64,000 nt of DNA from the human T2T-CHM13v2.0 reference genome, Homo sapiens (GCF_009914755.1 NC_060939.1); one strand, 5' to 3'. Positions 1 to 16,173 are shown, counted from the first letter of the stretch. A program made the numbers and translations. The notes: generated by a model not told the origin, from the sequence alone.

Positions 1-467
1 GTTTAAAACTTTGGTGCCACAACATATATCATAAGCAAAGTTAAAAGATGAGCGACAGGCCGAAATACATGGCATTTCATATAACTTGCAAACGGGTTAG
101 CATCCGAAAAAATAATTCCTCAAATGAATTAAAGTAATAAACAAGATAATACAAAACAGACTAAGGATATGCACGGGAAATTCTAAGAAATTACATTTGT
201 GAAAAAATGTTCAACCTCACCCAAAATAAGGGAAATGCAAGTTAAAATAATGGTATATTAACTCACACCCATCAGATTGGCAAAAATATAGAAATCTCCC
301 AATATTAAGTATTGCCAAGGAGAAGAAAAGAGGAACTTGCACTTACTGCTTATGTAAGTATAAACTGTTAATAACTACTTTGGAAAATAAGACGGTAATA
401 TCTGATAAAATTGAAACATGCATGCACTATGACCCAGCAACAGCACTCCTGGGTATACATCTAAAGC

Positions 468-689
468 AGAGCCAAGGCATGTTGATGGGCAGGAAGTGAG
501 TTACAGGGATACATGAGACATCAGCAATCCCTCAGTCCTTAGGGCAACTGAGAAGGTCTTAGGGCAGCCAGAGTCCCTGAACCAGTCTCCTCCAAACTTG
601 AGCAGCCTTATCTATTTATCCCAGTGAGCTGTACAAATATTATCATTTTCTGCAGGTGCCATCCTATGAAAAATATTCAGAAACCCTGT
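468..689. mobile_element. hAT-Charlie type MITE, subfamily uncertain
   Basis: CAG...CTG termini and a Charlie-like end sequence, inserted at a ctaaag/ctagag-type site in L1. Confidence 0.45.
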
Positions 690-696
690 GCTGGAG

Positions 697-1190
<494 letters not shown>

Positions 1191-1489
1191 CTAGAGAAGC
1201 TCTCACATATGTGCACGTGGCATCGTCTAATGGAATAGATATTGCAGAACTATTTGTAATAGGGAAAAAATTTACCTAAACGTCCATCAATAAGCGCATG
1301 AATAGTGATATTTTTATACAATGAATTATACAATGCTTAAACTGTATCAACATGGCAAAAATTAAACATTGAATTAAAAAACCAACTTGTATGATACAAG
1401 ATCATTTGTGTGAAGACAACAATTACACATCATTATAAAAACATCTATGTAGTAAAAGTACAACTTCTTGGACTAGAAATATATAATTT

Positions 1490-2070
1490 TGACTGCTTTT
1501 AGCTAAAAGTAACCGAAAATTGTGGCTCAAATTGGCATGAATCACAAGTAGGAATTTATTGTAATGCATAATGAACACAGAACTAGAGAGTTTCCAGTGT
1601 TAATTCGGTTGCCAAACGGTAGAAACAAAGAGCCTAGATTCATATCATCCTTCTGTTCTGCCATCCTCCACATGTCAGCTTTCTCCACAATCTGACTCCC
1701 TTCATGACCCCAGAAGTTAAAACATTCCAGGCATCACATCTCAACACACCGAAGTTCCAAGGAAGAAAGGACTCTTCCTCTGTGTGCCTCCCTCAGGAGA
1801 GAGGAAATCTTTCCCACAAGTCCCTGGAAGACTTTCCCTCGTGTCTCATTGGTCAAAACTGTATCACATGCCAATGCCTAAACCAAACTCTGGCAAGAGG
1901 AATGGTACACCACCATCACTGGCTTAAACCAATCAGTCTTCCTGGGCTGGTGGCTGGCACCTGCCTCTCTTAAGTAGCATGTCCTCTAGAAGCAGAGTAG
2001 ATAGCTAAAGAAAATTGAGATTCTATAAATAAAGGCATGAATATTGTCTAGGCAACCAACAACATCTGCT
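1490..2070. mobile_element. MaLR LTR (MLT1J/K/L-like)
   Basis: tgtctcattggtcaaaactgtatcacatgccaatgcctaaaccaa and ttctgccatcctc motifs. Confidence 0.7.
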
Positions 2071-2169
2071 ATAGGAAGTAGATATAGTGTGGTTCCCTCT
2101 GAGGAGGTAGGAAGGAGAATGGAATCAGCAAGGAATTTTAAAAGGGACTTCAATTGTATCTGTAAGAAA

Positions 2170-4830
2170 ATTTTATTTTTTATTTATGCATAATATAGTT
2201 TCAGAGTAAATATGATCATTTAATACACTGATATAATGTGTAAAGATAAGTATACTTGGGATTGCCATAATCTTAAATATTTGTCTTTTCTTTATACTAG
2301 AACGATTGGAATTTTTCCCTCCTAGCTATTTCAAGATATACAATAGATTGTTGTAAACTATAGTCACCCTACTGATCCTTCTAACACTACATCTTATTTC
2401 TTCTATCAAACCATATGTTTGTACCTATTAATCAATCTCTCTTCATCCTCCACTCCCTCCTACCCTTCCTGGCCTCTGGTATTCTCCAATCTACTCTCTA
2501 TCTTCATGAGATCCACCTTTGTAGCTCCCACATATGAGTAAGAACATGCAACATTTGTCTTTCTGTGTTTGGCTATTTCACATAACATAATGATCTCCAG
2601 TTCCATCCAAGCTGCTGCAAATGATGGGATTTCATTCTTTTTATGGTGGAATAACATTCCATTGTATATATAAACCATATTTTATTTATCCATTCATCCA
2701 TTGATGGGTAGATTGATTGCATATCTTAGCTCTTGTGGATAGTGCTGCAATAAACATGGGAGTACAGAGAGCAAATACCCTTTTGATATATCTGATATAC
2801 ATCTCTATATATCTTTTGGGATATATATATATCTCTCTCCTAAGAAAACTTACATAAAACTTTTAAGAAAACTTCCACTAATATATATACACATATATAT
2901 ACACATATATATGTGTATGTGTGTACATATACATATATACACACATATGTGTGTATGTATACATATATACACACATGTGTGTATATATACATATATGTGT
3001 GTACACATATATGTGTGTATATACATATATACATATATGTGTGTATACATATATACACATATGTGTGTGTATGTATATACACACATATATGTATGTACAT
3101 GTACACACATACGCATATATGTGCGTATGTGTGTACATGTACATATATACGCATATATGTGTGTACATGTACATATATACGCATATATATGTGTGTGTAC
3201 ATGTACATATATACACATATGTGTGTGTACATATACATATATACACATATATGTGTGTATATATACACACATACACATATGTATATATAGTGTATATATG
3301 TATGTGTATGTATACATACACATACATATATACGTACACACATATGTATGTGTGTATACATACACACATGTATGTGTATGTATATATACACACATATATA
3401 TTAGTGGAGTTGCTGGATCATATGGTAGTTCTATTTTTAGTTTTTTTTTTTAAGAACATCCATACTTTTCTCCACAGTGCTTATGCTAATTTACTTTCCC
3501 ACCAACAATGTACGGGTTCACCTTTCTCTGCATCCTCACCAGCATCCACTATTGCCTGTATTTAGGTGTGGTTTTTTTTTTTTTGAGGGGGGGGGAATTA
3601 CTGCCTATATTTTGGATAAAAGTCATGTTAACTGGATGAGAAGTTATCTCATTGCAGTTTTGATTTGCCTTTCTCTGAGTAGTGATATTGAGCATTTTTT
3701 CATACACCTGTTTGCCATTTGCAGATCTTTTGAGAAATGTCTATTCAGATCTTTTGCCTATTTTTAAAACAGATTATTTGTTTTTGCTATTGAGTTATTT
3801 GAGCCCCTTATATATTCTCGTTATTAATCCCTGATCAGATGGGTAGTTTGCAAATATTTTATCCCATTCTATGGGTTATCTCTTCATTTTGTTGTTTCCT
3901 TTGCTGTGTAGAAGCTTTTTAGCTTGATATAAATCCCATATTTCTATTCTTGTGTTGGTTGCCTGTGTTTTGTGGTCTTACACAAAAAGTTTTTGTCCAG
4001 ACGAATGACCTGGAGTGTTTCCCAAATGTTTTCTTCTAGTAGTTTCATAGTTTCAAGTCCGATATTTAAGTTTTAATTCATTTTGAGTTGATTTTTATAT
4101 ATGGTGAGAGATAGGGGTCTAGTTACATTGTTCTGCATGTGGCTATGTAGTTTTCCCAGCATCATTTATTGAAGAGAATGTCCTTTCCCCTCTGTTCTTG
4201 GTACTTTTGTCCAAGATGAGTTGTCTGTAAATGCATGGATTTATATCTGGGTTCTCTGTTCTGTTCCATTGGCCTATGTGTCTGTTTTATGCCAGTACCA
4301 TGCTGATTTGGTTCCTATAGCTTTGTAGTAAACTTTGAAGTCAGTGTGAGGTCTCCAGCTTTGGGCTTTTTTCCTCAGGATTTTGTCAGTTATTGAGGGT
4401 CTTTTGTGGTTCCATATAAATTTTAGGATTTTTTTCGATATTTGTGAAGAATATTATTGGTATTTTGATAGGGATTGCATTGAGTCAGTAAATTGCTTTG
4501 GGAAGTGTTATCATTTTAACAATATTAATTATTCCAGTCCAAAAGTATGGAATATTTTTCCATTTTTGGTGTCCTCTTCAATTTCTCTCACCTGTGTTTT
4601 ATAGTTTTCCTTGTATAGATGCTTCACTTCTTTGGTTAAATTGATTTCTAGGTATTTTATATTCTTTGCAGCTATTGTAAATGAGATTGCTTTCTTGATT
4701 TCTTTTTCAGATTGTTCCCTGTTGGTGTATATAAATGCTAATGATTTTTGTATGTTGATTTTGTATCCTAAAACTTTACTGAATTCGTTGATCAGTTCTA
4801 AATGTTTTTTGGTGTAATCTTTAGGTTAGA
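2170..4830 (-). mobile_element. L1MA-type 3' portion (3'UTR and end of ORF2)
   Basis: Continuous L1 antisense sequence; explains the ORFs at 2460, 3477, 4383 and 4611. Confidence 0.92.
2880..3401. repeat. About 520 bp compound (TA/CA/TG)n purine-pyrimidine microsatellite
   Basis: Near-uninterrupted RY alternation; source of six spurious ORFs. Confidence 0.98.
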
Positions 4831-5655
4831 AAAAAACTCTTAAAGCAGGCCTGTGGCAAGAAGGCCCAGAAAAGTTAAGCGGTCTGATCAATGTTATTCA
4901 GCTAATAAATGACAGAGAAGCAAGTAGGCTCTTCCTGTTTTCTTATACAGGTCCTCATATACTATACTATGTCTTGTAAAACAAAATAGGAAATGTCTTC
5001 TCAGTGTTTAGTTCAAAGAATACTGATTTCCAAAACTACTAACTAGAAGAAAAAAACTGGGTAAATTCAAATTTTGCAACATGCTATTTTATTAAATGAG
5101 TTTCCTGGACTATAACCTTTTTTTTTTTTTTTTTTTTAGCTTTTCCCCCTTTTTTGCTTCAGGGATTTCTTGTATATGCTCTTCAGAGTGTTCTGGTTTG
5201 CCTGAATTGAAACTAGCTGATATATATGAGTCATTTAAGATTGAAGGAAAAAATAACTAAAATTATTTCTTGAGCTACCCAATACTATGTGTCTTACATA
5301 CATGATTCACTAAATATAACCACTACTGTATTCAGGTACACAATATTCCCATTTCACAAATGATTAAACTAAGGCTGAGAAAGATGAAAGGAACTTGCCC
5401 AATTCACAATGCTAGAAAGTAGCAGAGTTAGGATTTGGGTCCACAGCTAATTCCAATGCAGCCAGTTTAACCATAGGTTCTACTGGTTCCAAACTAGTAT
5501 GAGGATTTTCAAAATAAATAAATCTTATGCACTGTACAAGAAGAAAACGCTGGCTTTGGGGAGTATTCAGAGGTCACTGGCCATGTTTATCAAAGGCTTT
5601 GCCACTTACCAACTCCAGACTATATTTCTGGACCATACACTTGAAGACATTCTGA

Positions 5656-5987
<332 letters not shown>

Positions 5988-6621
5988 CATCAAATCTTAA
6001 GTATACATTTGTTTTGTTATCCAAAGACCTGTGGTACAGGTGTAATTTTTAAATAACTCACAAAGCATTGCTTCAAAACTGTATAGCTGTTTTTCACATA
6101 ATCTTGAGAAATCAGACTTCTTGTCGAAGTCATCCTTTATACATTTGAGATGGTCTTTGCAACAGGATTAATCAAGTGACAAATTCACCTTGCTTTTCAA
6201 TAAAGCCATGAAAGTCGTGATAACATTGTATTTCCTTAAACTGTTGACTTCATTGCCACCACTTGTGAGGAATCTAACCAAAATGTTCTTAGATATCAAA
6301 ACAACAAAGCAAAGTTATTTTATTATCTCAGGGAGTCCTGCAATTGAATTCAGTAAAGTATTTCTTAAATTTATTAGAACTTTAAAGTCCTCCACGATTA
6401 CTGTTCTTGAAGAATGTTTTTGTTTTTCTGTATTCTCATAGCATGTTAACAACTACATCAGTTACTCTGATTACAATTTACCTTACTCTTTTATTCTTTC
6501 TTGGCTAGTAACAGCTTCTATATGAGAGCTTGGTAAAGTTTTCTTTTTTAACTTGTTAATGCTTTTACAGATCTTTTCAGAACTCTTTCACTTCTGATGT
6601 TACTAAGAAGCATATTTAGAT

Positions 6622-7153
6622 CAAGGGTTCCCAATCCCCAGGCCACAGACTGGTACCAATCCATGGCCTGTTAGCAACCAGGCCACACAACAGGAGGTAA
6701 GCAGGGGGCCAGCGAGCAAGCCAAGTTTCATCTGTATTTACAGCTGCTCCCCATCACTCACATTACCACCTGAGCTCTGTCTCCTGTCAGATTAGCAGCA
6801 TCATTAGATTCTCATAGGAGCACAAGCCATATTGTGAACTGCCCATGTGAGGGATCTAGGTTGCACTCTCCTATGAGAATCTAATGCCTGATGATCTGTC
6901 ACTGTCTCCTATCACCCCCAGATGGGACTGTCCAGTTGCAGGAAAACAAGCTCAGGGCTCCCACTGATTCTACATTATGGTGAGCCGTATAATTATTTCA
7001 TTATATATGGCAATGTAATGATAATAGAAATAAAGTGCACAATAAATGTAATATGTTTGAATCATTCCAAAACCACCCACACCTCCACTGGTCCATGGAA
7101 AGATTGTCTTCCATGAAACCAGTTCCCAGTGCCAAAAAGGTTGGGGACCACTG
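6622..7153 (+). mobile_element. MER1A (hAT-Charlie), full length
   Basis: Terminal inverted repeats caagggttcccaatc / ggttggggaccactg; 8-bp TSD atttagat / atttagag. Confidence 0.9.
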
Positions 7154-7313
7154 ATTTAGAGGATATATGTGTAGGGACATAAGGCTATTTTTCCAGTATG
7201 ATTCCTCAGTAATGCTGTCTTATTATTTGATAACTTCCTCCAGGAGGTGATAAGGCCTTGCAACTGAATCTCTGCAATTCTCTGTTTTAGCACAGCTATT
7301 AAAAACTGGTTGA

Positions 7314-7749
<436 letters not shown>

Positions 7750-8528
7750 TTAATCAGAAAAAAGTTTGTTGGGAAAAATGACATGGTCTTCGCAGTTTTT
7801 AAACCTCCTGCTTGCCTCTTAGTTACTGTCAATCTTTTTTCCTCCATCTATCACCTTGCACACAAAATGAAGATAATGCATCTCTGTCCCTCACTAGTCA
7901 CATGTAATATTTGATTAACAACTTGAAGAGGCAATCCTTTGTGACTGGAGTCAATATGTGTTTATTTATCAAGAATCTATAATATTATTGAGCTAAAATC
8001 CTGGGGATAGCTTGTGATGCCATTGTTACAAGAATAGAATTTTAGAATGAGATTTTTCAAAATGTAAATTGTTACATTTTCTTCATTATGATCTTTCTCA
8101 ATTATATCCATTAAAAATCAGTTAATGTCCACAGAACATTTCTTATACTTAAGGAGAGGGTTTGACCATTCTATCACCTTTCAGAAATACATTACATGAA
8201 AAAGCAGTTGAAAAACTCAGATCTCCCGCAACAGAATAAATTGGAAATTTCTTAAAAAGTAGTTGAACAGTAAGCTTTTTTAAAATGCTAAATCACAATA
8301 ATGTATACTTCATTTTAAAAATTCTCTCAAAATCAGTTACAAATATCTTTCCAACTCCAGAGTCTCCAGCCTCATTTGATTCCTTAATTTTCCTCCACAG
8401 CTCCTGAAAATTACTTCACCATCATTTTTGAGGAATAAATGAGAAAACATAGTGAAAGTACTTTGAAAACTATAAAACCTGTGCATGGAAGTTATCAACA
8501 ACATGGATCAATGGTTAAGAGTCATAAC

Positions 8529-8827
<299 letters not shown>

Positions 8828-8838
8828 TCATAACCTCA

Positions 8839-9128
8839 GGTCGGGCGCGGTAGCTCACGCCTGTAATCCCAGCACTTTGGGAGGCTGAGACGGGTGGATC
8901 ACCTGAGGTCAGGAGTTCAAGACCAGAAACCCCGTCTCTACTAAAAATACAAAAATTAGCCAGGCGTGGTGGCAGGCGCCTATAATCCCAGCTACTCAGG
9001 AGGCTGAGGCAGGAGAATCACTTTAACCTGGGAGGCGGAGGTTGCAGTGAGCCGAGATCGTGCTACGGCACTCAAGGCTGGGCAACAGAGGGAGACGCCG
9101 TCTCAAAAAAAAAAAAAAAAAAAAAAAG
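8839..9128 (+). mobile_element. AluS with a short left-arm deletion, inserted in a MIR (MIR about 8500-9340)
   Basis: Alu consensus; flanks agtcataacctc; MIR sequence continues 9140-9340. Confidence 0.95.
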
Positions 9129-9410
9129 AAGTCATAACCTCTGGAGTCATGCTGCCTGGCTTCAAATCCTAGTAGTACATCTTACCAACTGTGATTCTGA
9201 CAAAAGTTTAACCTCTGTGCCTCCGCTGCTTCATCTGTAATACCAAATAACATCAGTATCTTCTTGTAATGATTAAATGAGTTAATATTTAAAGCACTTA
9301 GATCAGAACCTGACACATGTACAAACAATAAATGTTTCTTATTTCCAACACAGAATTGGGTTAGGTGATAAAAGCTTATTTGTAATGATGTTATTTAAAA
9401 CTCAGAACAC

Positions 9411-9708
9411 AGCCAGGCACCGTGGCTCACACCTGTAATCCCAGCACTTTGAGAGGCCAAGGCAGGGTCGGAGTTGAGGTCAGGAGTTCAAGATCAGCCT
9501 GGCCAACATGGTGAAACCCTGTCTCTACTAAAAACACAAAAATTAGCTGGGCATGGTGGCACGTGCCTGTAGTCCCAGCTACTAGGGAGGCTGAGACGGG
9601 AGATCTCTTGAACACAGGAGGCAGAGGTTGCAGTGAGCCGAGGCGGTGCTACTGCACTCCAGCCTGAGCAACAGAGGGAGACTCTGTCTCAGAAAAGAAA
9701 AACAAAAA
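9411..9708 (+). mobile_element. AluS
   Basis: TSD aaaactcagaa(c/t)aca. Confidence 0.95.
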
Positions 9709-10538
9709 CTCAGAATACATCATCCCAAAAAAGCAATGTCACTAGCAACATGGTAAACATTAAATTCTCAATCTGTGTGTTGTGTGAAAAAAAAAGAATA
9801 AAAAATAAAAATAAATTTGCAAACTAACCCATGAACATTGGTTTAATCCACAATGTAGCTGATCTATAAAATCTACAATACTGCTCTAATTCTGGTACCT
9901 GGGACCACGCCTCCCTACACCAGAGATGCTGCACTCAGACCTGTCCTGGCCAAAGTGCTTTGTGCCTCCAAAGCATTTGCCTCCCTTACTCCTCATTAAA
10001 CTCCTCACTTTCCAAGCAATCTTCATGAAATGCTGGAAGACAATGGATCTTACTCTACTGATTAATACTGACGTATAAATGATGCTTCTAGCAGAGCTGT
10101 GAGCTACTGTCCAATGTTTATTAACTTAAGCAAATATTTAATTGGTATAATTTCAAGGTATAAGAGCTCTAACTTTTCAAGTTACTCATGCTAAAAGACA
10201 CACAATATTAACAAGACATACTTTAGATTTGTAACTCCAAATTCAAGTAACAAACTTCTTTCAATTAAAAGTATACTTTCTTGCCATTTGTAAACCTCTA
10301 GGTCATGGGACCAGGAGTCAGGTTAACAACTTTAAAAATCCTTAGACTAATCACTCAGAGTTTTCTGAGCAATTTGAGGCAGTAAGATTTTCATTTCTAC
10401 AGGAATAAGTGAATAGAGTTCACTCCACTCTCAGCTCTGTGCCAGTAATTGGGCTGTAATCTCATCTAGCAAACTAGATGAGAGCCATAGAAAAGACCCT
10501 GAATTAAGACTTTCTTTCCATAAGAAAATGATGTTCCA

Positions 10539-10856
<318 letters not shown>

Positions 10857-11892
10857 CAAGAGGATGTATTGTTCCCATTTTAACCATAGAAAGAGTGCTA
10901 TTGTTCCTTTTCTCCACATGGTGGTGCTAATGTAGCACCACCATGGAGCCGTATTGCCAAAGACGAAAAAATTCAGCACTGCTCATCGTTATTACCAGTC
11001 TGTAAGTGGCCACTTAAAGGCCATTTGGAGTACATGCAGACCATTAATTATAATGCATTTCCAAAAATAGATTAATCACAAATTTTAAAATAAAAAATTT
11101 AAGTAAACAGATTCAAATCAATGAGAGGGGCATAAGCATTTGCAGTTTTTCACCAAGATCTTGCTTGTGGCGTAGGTCAGCATCCTGATTTCTTTTCCAT
11201 TATTTATTCTCACAAAACTAAAAGATCCTAAATCTCAGTTAGAGGTTGCCAGGAATAACAGCAAGTATGTTTGGTGGTTCTGTCAAATGGCTGTAGATAT
11301 TTGGCTCACATGTAGATCTAGAAATTATGAACAAACGTCTCACTAAAGTGAGAAGTGAGTTTCACACTACTTTTCACAGTCTGTTGGATGCTAATTGAAC
11401 AACATTTCCAGGAAATGGCTGGTGTGCTGACTGTTTGAACCTGGGATATTGCAGCAAATGAAATCCAGATCCTCTGCTGAGTTAAATGGAGCTCTGTGAA
11501 TCAGTCTTGTATGTTTGACTTATTTGTGTACTTTTCAAACATGCCCAATGCTACATCGCTAAGTTATTTCTCAAATCAAGAAAAGATGTAATCAAGTTTT
11601 AAAAGACTAAACTATTAGAGATCAAGCTATTTGTACCGCATTTCATCTAGTTCAAACTAGAGAAAACAGTGAGCATGCTGTTGAATTAAGCTACTTGAAA
11701 TCCCTGAAATGATCCATACTGATATTATTAATGTTGTAAATAAATATTTTTAATTCCTCTTTCATTCCAGAACTCTTGAGCATCTTCCTCAGCAATAACC
11801 AGCAGCCTTCAGCAGGGAGAACATCATCTTAAATTTGCTGCCCATTTCTTTGCACAGTACACAAAATATGTACATTCAGTTGTCATTCTTAG

Positions 11893-12201
<309 letters not shown>

Positions 12202-12621
12202 TAGATCATATTCACATTTTTCTCTATTTTCCTCAACTCTGAATCAAGAACAAAGGCTTATTATGACCACCAACTATCCTCTGTGAATAAAGTATGGACA
12301 GACATTTCAACGCAACCATATTTAGTCACAGAGTGAAGCCCTTGTCTGCTCACTTGTGGTTGGTGCTCCCTCACTACCAATGCCAAGGTCCCTTCCCAGC
12401 CTATATCATAGGTGATGTAATTAACTGGGTGAGAAAAAAAATCTTCCTCTCTTTAGCATGGATTTTCCAATGAGAAGTCATTGAGCATATTTCACTCACT
12501 CATGCATGGCACAAGTAGACAATTGGTTCATATCCTGTACAAGAATGACTTTGTCCAAAGAAAATATCTGCTAGCATGCTCACCTGTCAAGCAAAATGTT
12601 TGCTAGCATGCGTCTTTGATA

Positions 12622-12775
12622 GGAACTCAAAGTGTTGTCTTGAACCAGCAGCAGCAACATCTAGAAACTGATCATCAGTATACATTTGTGGGCTCCAACC
12701 CAGACCTACTGAATCAGAAACTGCGGGACCCAGTGTTCAGGTGATTGATTCTGATGCACACTGAAGCTTGAGATC
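12622..12775. mobile_element. MER5A
   Basis: cccagacctactgaatcagaaact...gattctgatgcacactgaagcttgaga. Confidence 0.8.
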
Positions 12776-13395
12776 TAATAGTGTCTTCCAAAAGAGGAAT
12801 GTTGCCAATATTTCATTCAGCTTTCTCTTCTACTTGTCACTGACTTCGTAGCTATCTTTTTAAAGTGTTTCAGTAACCATGTGAACTGTAATCACTTGGC
12901 TGGCAGGAGTGCAAATTTGAACAACTTTCTGTTTTGTTCTCTTCTCCAACTTCATTGACAATATCACTCAATATAATACATTGGAAACCATTATGTTGCA
13001 TTTGTTCCAGGAAAATTCAATTGGTTTACCACAGAGATCACTTTGATTTGTTAGGAAGTGACCTAAGAGCTTCATATTACAATTTAACCAAGTTTCACAG
13101 CAAAAACAAACAAACAACAACAAAAAAAAAAACATGGAAAATTAGCGGTAGACTCTTAGGCCACTACAAATTTTTTTTCTGATATTCATTATCATGCATA
13201 CAATTTGCCCTTTACATTTTTGTCTGTTGTATGAAGTCCTCATTCTCAAATTTACTTGTCCCAGCACACACAGATTAACATTCCATTTTCGCACTGTAGT
13301 GTTCTTTATTAGGCTTACAAAGTTCTTCTGAGACATGGTGTTTGATTCTTTGATATGTCTATTCCAGAGAACCAATTGTAAACCAATGATCTGGG

Positions 13396-13733
<338 letters not shown>

Positions 13734-14767
13734 TGATCTGTTTTTATGAATTGAGAATAGAAGACAGCATAATAGTAACAAAAAATGTAAATTTATCAAA
13801 CAACATACAAATTATATGAAGATATGCCATAAACTTTATCCTGTTTTCTGACTGTTAGCACATGGATAAACTAAACAATATAGTCCTTTAGTGCATGTGT
13901 AACCAGTGTAAATGTTCTAAGAATGAAACAAAACATCTGTGAAAATAATCATTAAAGTTATATGCCATATTTGTGAAATGCATGTGAACCAAATTTTTCC
14001 ATCATATTTTCCTCTAAAAGTGCCAAACAGCCTACCAAACTACATGGTATGCTTTCTGTATCCTAAGGGACTCTGTTTCTAGCCCTTTCCTTTCTTCAAG
14101 GGTTTCAATCATTATCTGCTAAATCCTCTTTTCTCATTTTAACCCAATTCAAAAACTATAGATTGAGCTCCTCTCTATGAAATACTCCATAACCATCGTG
14201 ACCTGGGCACAGGTCAAAGACAGTCCCCCACACCCCTCAGATACCCCATATGACAGAAGGCAGGGTTAGGCTCTGTGAAACCAGACAGGCTGTGGAATCC
14301 TAAGACCGAGGGCACAGGAAACAAGCAAAGGGCTGAAAAAGCCCACAGGGGCAAGAAGTCAAGCCTGACCCTCCCCCAGTACTTGAGAATATACTTGAAT
14401 GTGCTTGTTTGATCTAGCTAACTCCTCTAACTGCCTTTTTCTTTTTTTTTCTTTGCATTTACTGACATACTCTCAAAAGAATGCTCTAGGATCCATGGTT
14501 TCCATTGCTTCATCACTTACTTCCTCCTTACCCATTGCAACATACCTCACAGCTTCAACACTACAGCATTCTCTGTGGTAATCGTTCTCTCCCTGTTTCT
14601 TTTCCACTACGTTACATGAGTGCCTCTCAGGGGAGCAGGGGGACATTTCAGACTGGCCGGTAAGACTCTGTCAGCCTCCCCCTCAGAATCACCTAAGTCA
14701 CTGGTTCTCAACCATTGCACATGAAGATCACGTGGGGAGATTTTAAAAGATACCAATGCCCAGGCTT

Positions 14768-15292
14768 TGTAATGAGTCAGCTTGGCTAGGCTAAACAACA
14801 TTTCCCAGAATGCCCTTTCTGGTTAGGGTGGGCCACAAAAGAGATTTGGGGGCAATTTTGGGGGTAGGAAGTGAAGCAACCTCCATTTCATAGCCCTCAT
14901 ATATTGTCGCTTATCTGCTGGCTCATCTTATTGTCATAAACCTGCAACTAGACCTGCACCTGGGCCAGGTGATGTTGTTAGCCCTGTGACAAAGGGCCCC
15001 AGTTTCTGCAGGACACCCACACCAGCCAGGTCAGAGGCAACAGGAAGTGACATGGGTTTTAGTCCCTCATTATGGGCACCAGCTGGTTCTCACTTTTTCC
15101 ATCCATCCCCCATTTCACATCCTTCTCCCCTTCCTGTCTGACTGTCCTGTCCTTCAAGCTTCAGCATCAGACACAAAGACAACACCTTACAGAGACTACT
15201 TACCCAGCTCCCACAATTGCATATGCTCAAATTCCTGTAACAGATCCCTTCATGTATAGGTATGCTTCTTCAAGTGAACCCTGCCTGAGAAA
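14768..15292. mobile_element. ERVL-class solo LTR (MER54-like) nested in a MER5 element (about 14698-15395)
   Basis: tgtaatgagtcagcttggctaggctaaa...catttcccagaat...ggtcagaggcaaca; MER5 halves on both sides. Confidence 0.6.
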
Positions 15293-16149
15293 CTCCTCCA
15301 AACCAATTATGTCTGATGGTCAGAGGTGAAGCCCAGACATGAGAATGTGTTAAAAGTTCTCTGGATGTTTCTAACATGGTTAAACACCATCTGCCCTAGG
15401 GTAAAAACCTCTACATGCAATTGCAAATCCTTGCCAGAGTAAGCCTATAGTGGATGGGAATCCTTCAGCTGAGCTAGCCTTGAGAAAAACCTAAAATCCT
15501 GCCCTACTCTATGTGTTTTTCCTGATTTATTCTTCCTTTTCCTTTTTCACAAAGCTAGCCTCTGCCCACCTCACAGACCACTGCAATCTATCAATCTCTA
15601 GTCTTTCCTCCCTCCCCACCTATAGCCTATAGACTGATCTGGAAATGTAAACATAACATCCCTCCATGCTCAAAGGCTTTCAGCAACTCCCTGTCCTCCA
15701 GGGATCAAATCTAATCTCCTTACCTGGTATTCAAACCCCTCCAGAGTCTGGCTTCTTCCTACCTGGCCAACCTATCCTCCCCCTCCCTTCCCACTATAAA
15801 CCCTACCAGCTTTCTGAACCTCCATCAACCAAAGAAAGAATAAAGCAGTGATCACACAATAAAAAGGGAAAGGTTTTCTCTTGGCCTTCTTGGATTCTGC
15901 TAACCACCAAAGCCACAAACTAGGTAACATCCCCTACACCATCTACACCATCTCTATTTCCCTCCCCTCCCTTCTCAACCCACTTGCTTCCTTCCTCTTT
16001 TAATGCTATTAAGGGTTTGAATTTACATATGGGTTCTCATTGTGTGAGAGGCAGAAAGAAAGTAAAGTAAAAATTCCTTTTAGAGGCACCCTTAACACTT
16101 TAATACTTTAATAAGCAGCAGCTGACCACTTCTTTCATGTCCAGTTCAT

Positions 16150-16173
16150 GCTGCTGCTGCTGCTGCTGCTGCT
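16150..16173. repeat. (GCT)8 trinucleotide repeat
   Basis: gctgctgctgctgctgctgctgct. Confidence 0.97.

Noticed and set aside
2840-3565. Six overlapping 125-214 aa ORFs rich in Y/I/H/T/C/V/M
   Set aside because: Alternating purine-pyrimidine repeats cannot contain stop codons in any frame; these are artefacts.
5118-5165. T21 tract followed by AG, resembling a plus-strand splice acceptor or retrocopy tail
   Set aside because: No TSD, retrocopy body or downstream exon evidence. It may cause oligo-dT mispriming artefacts.
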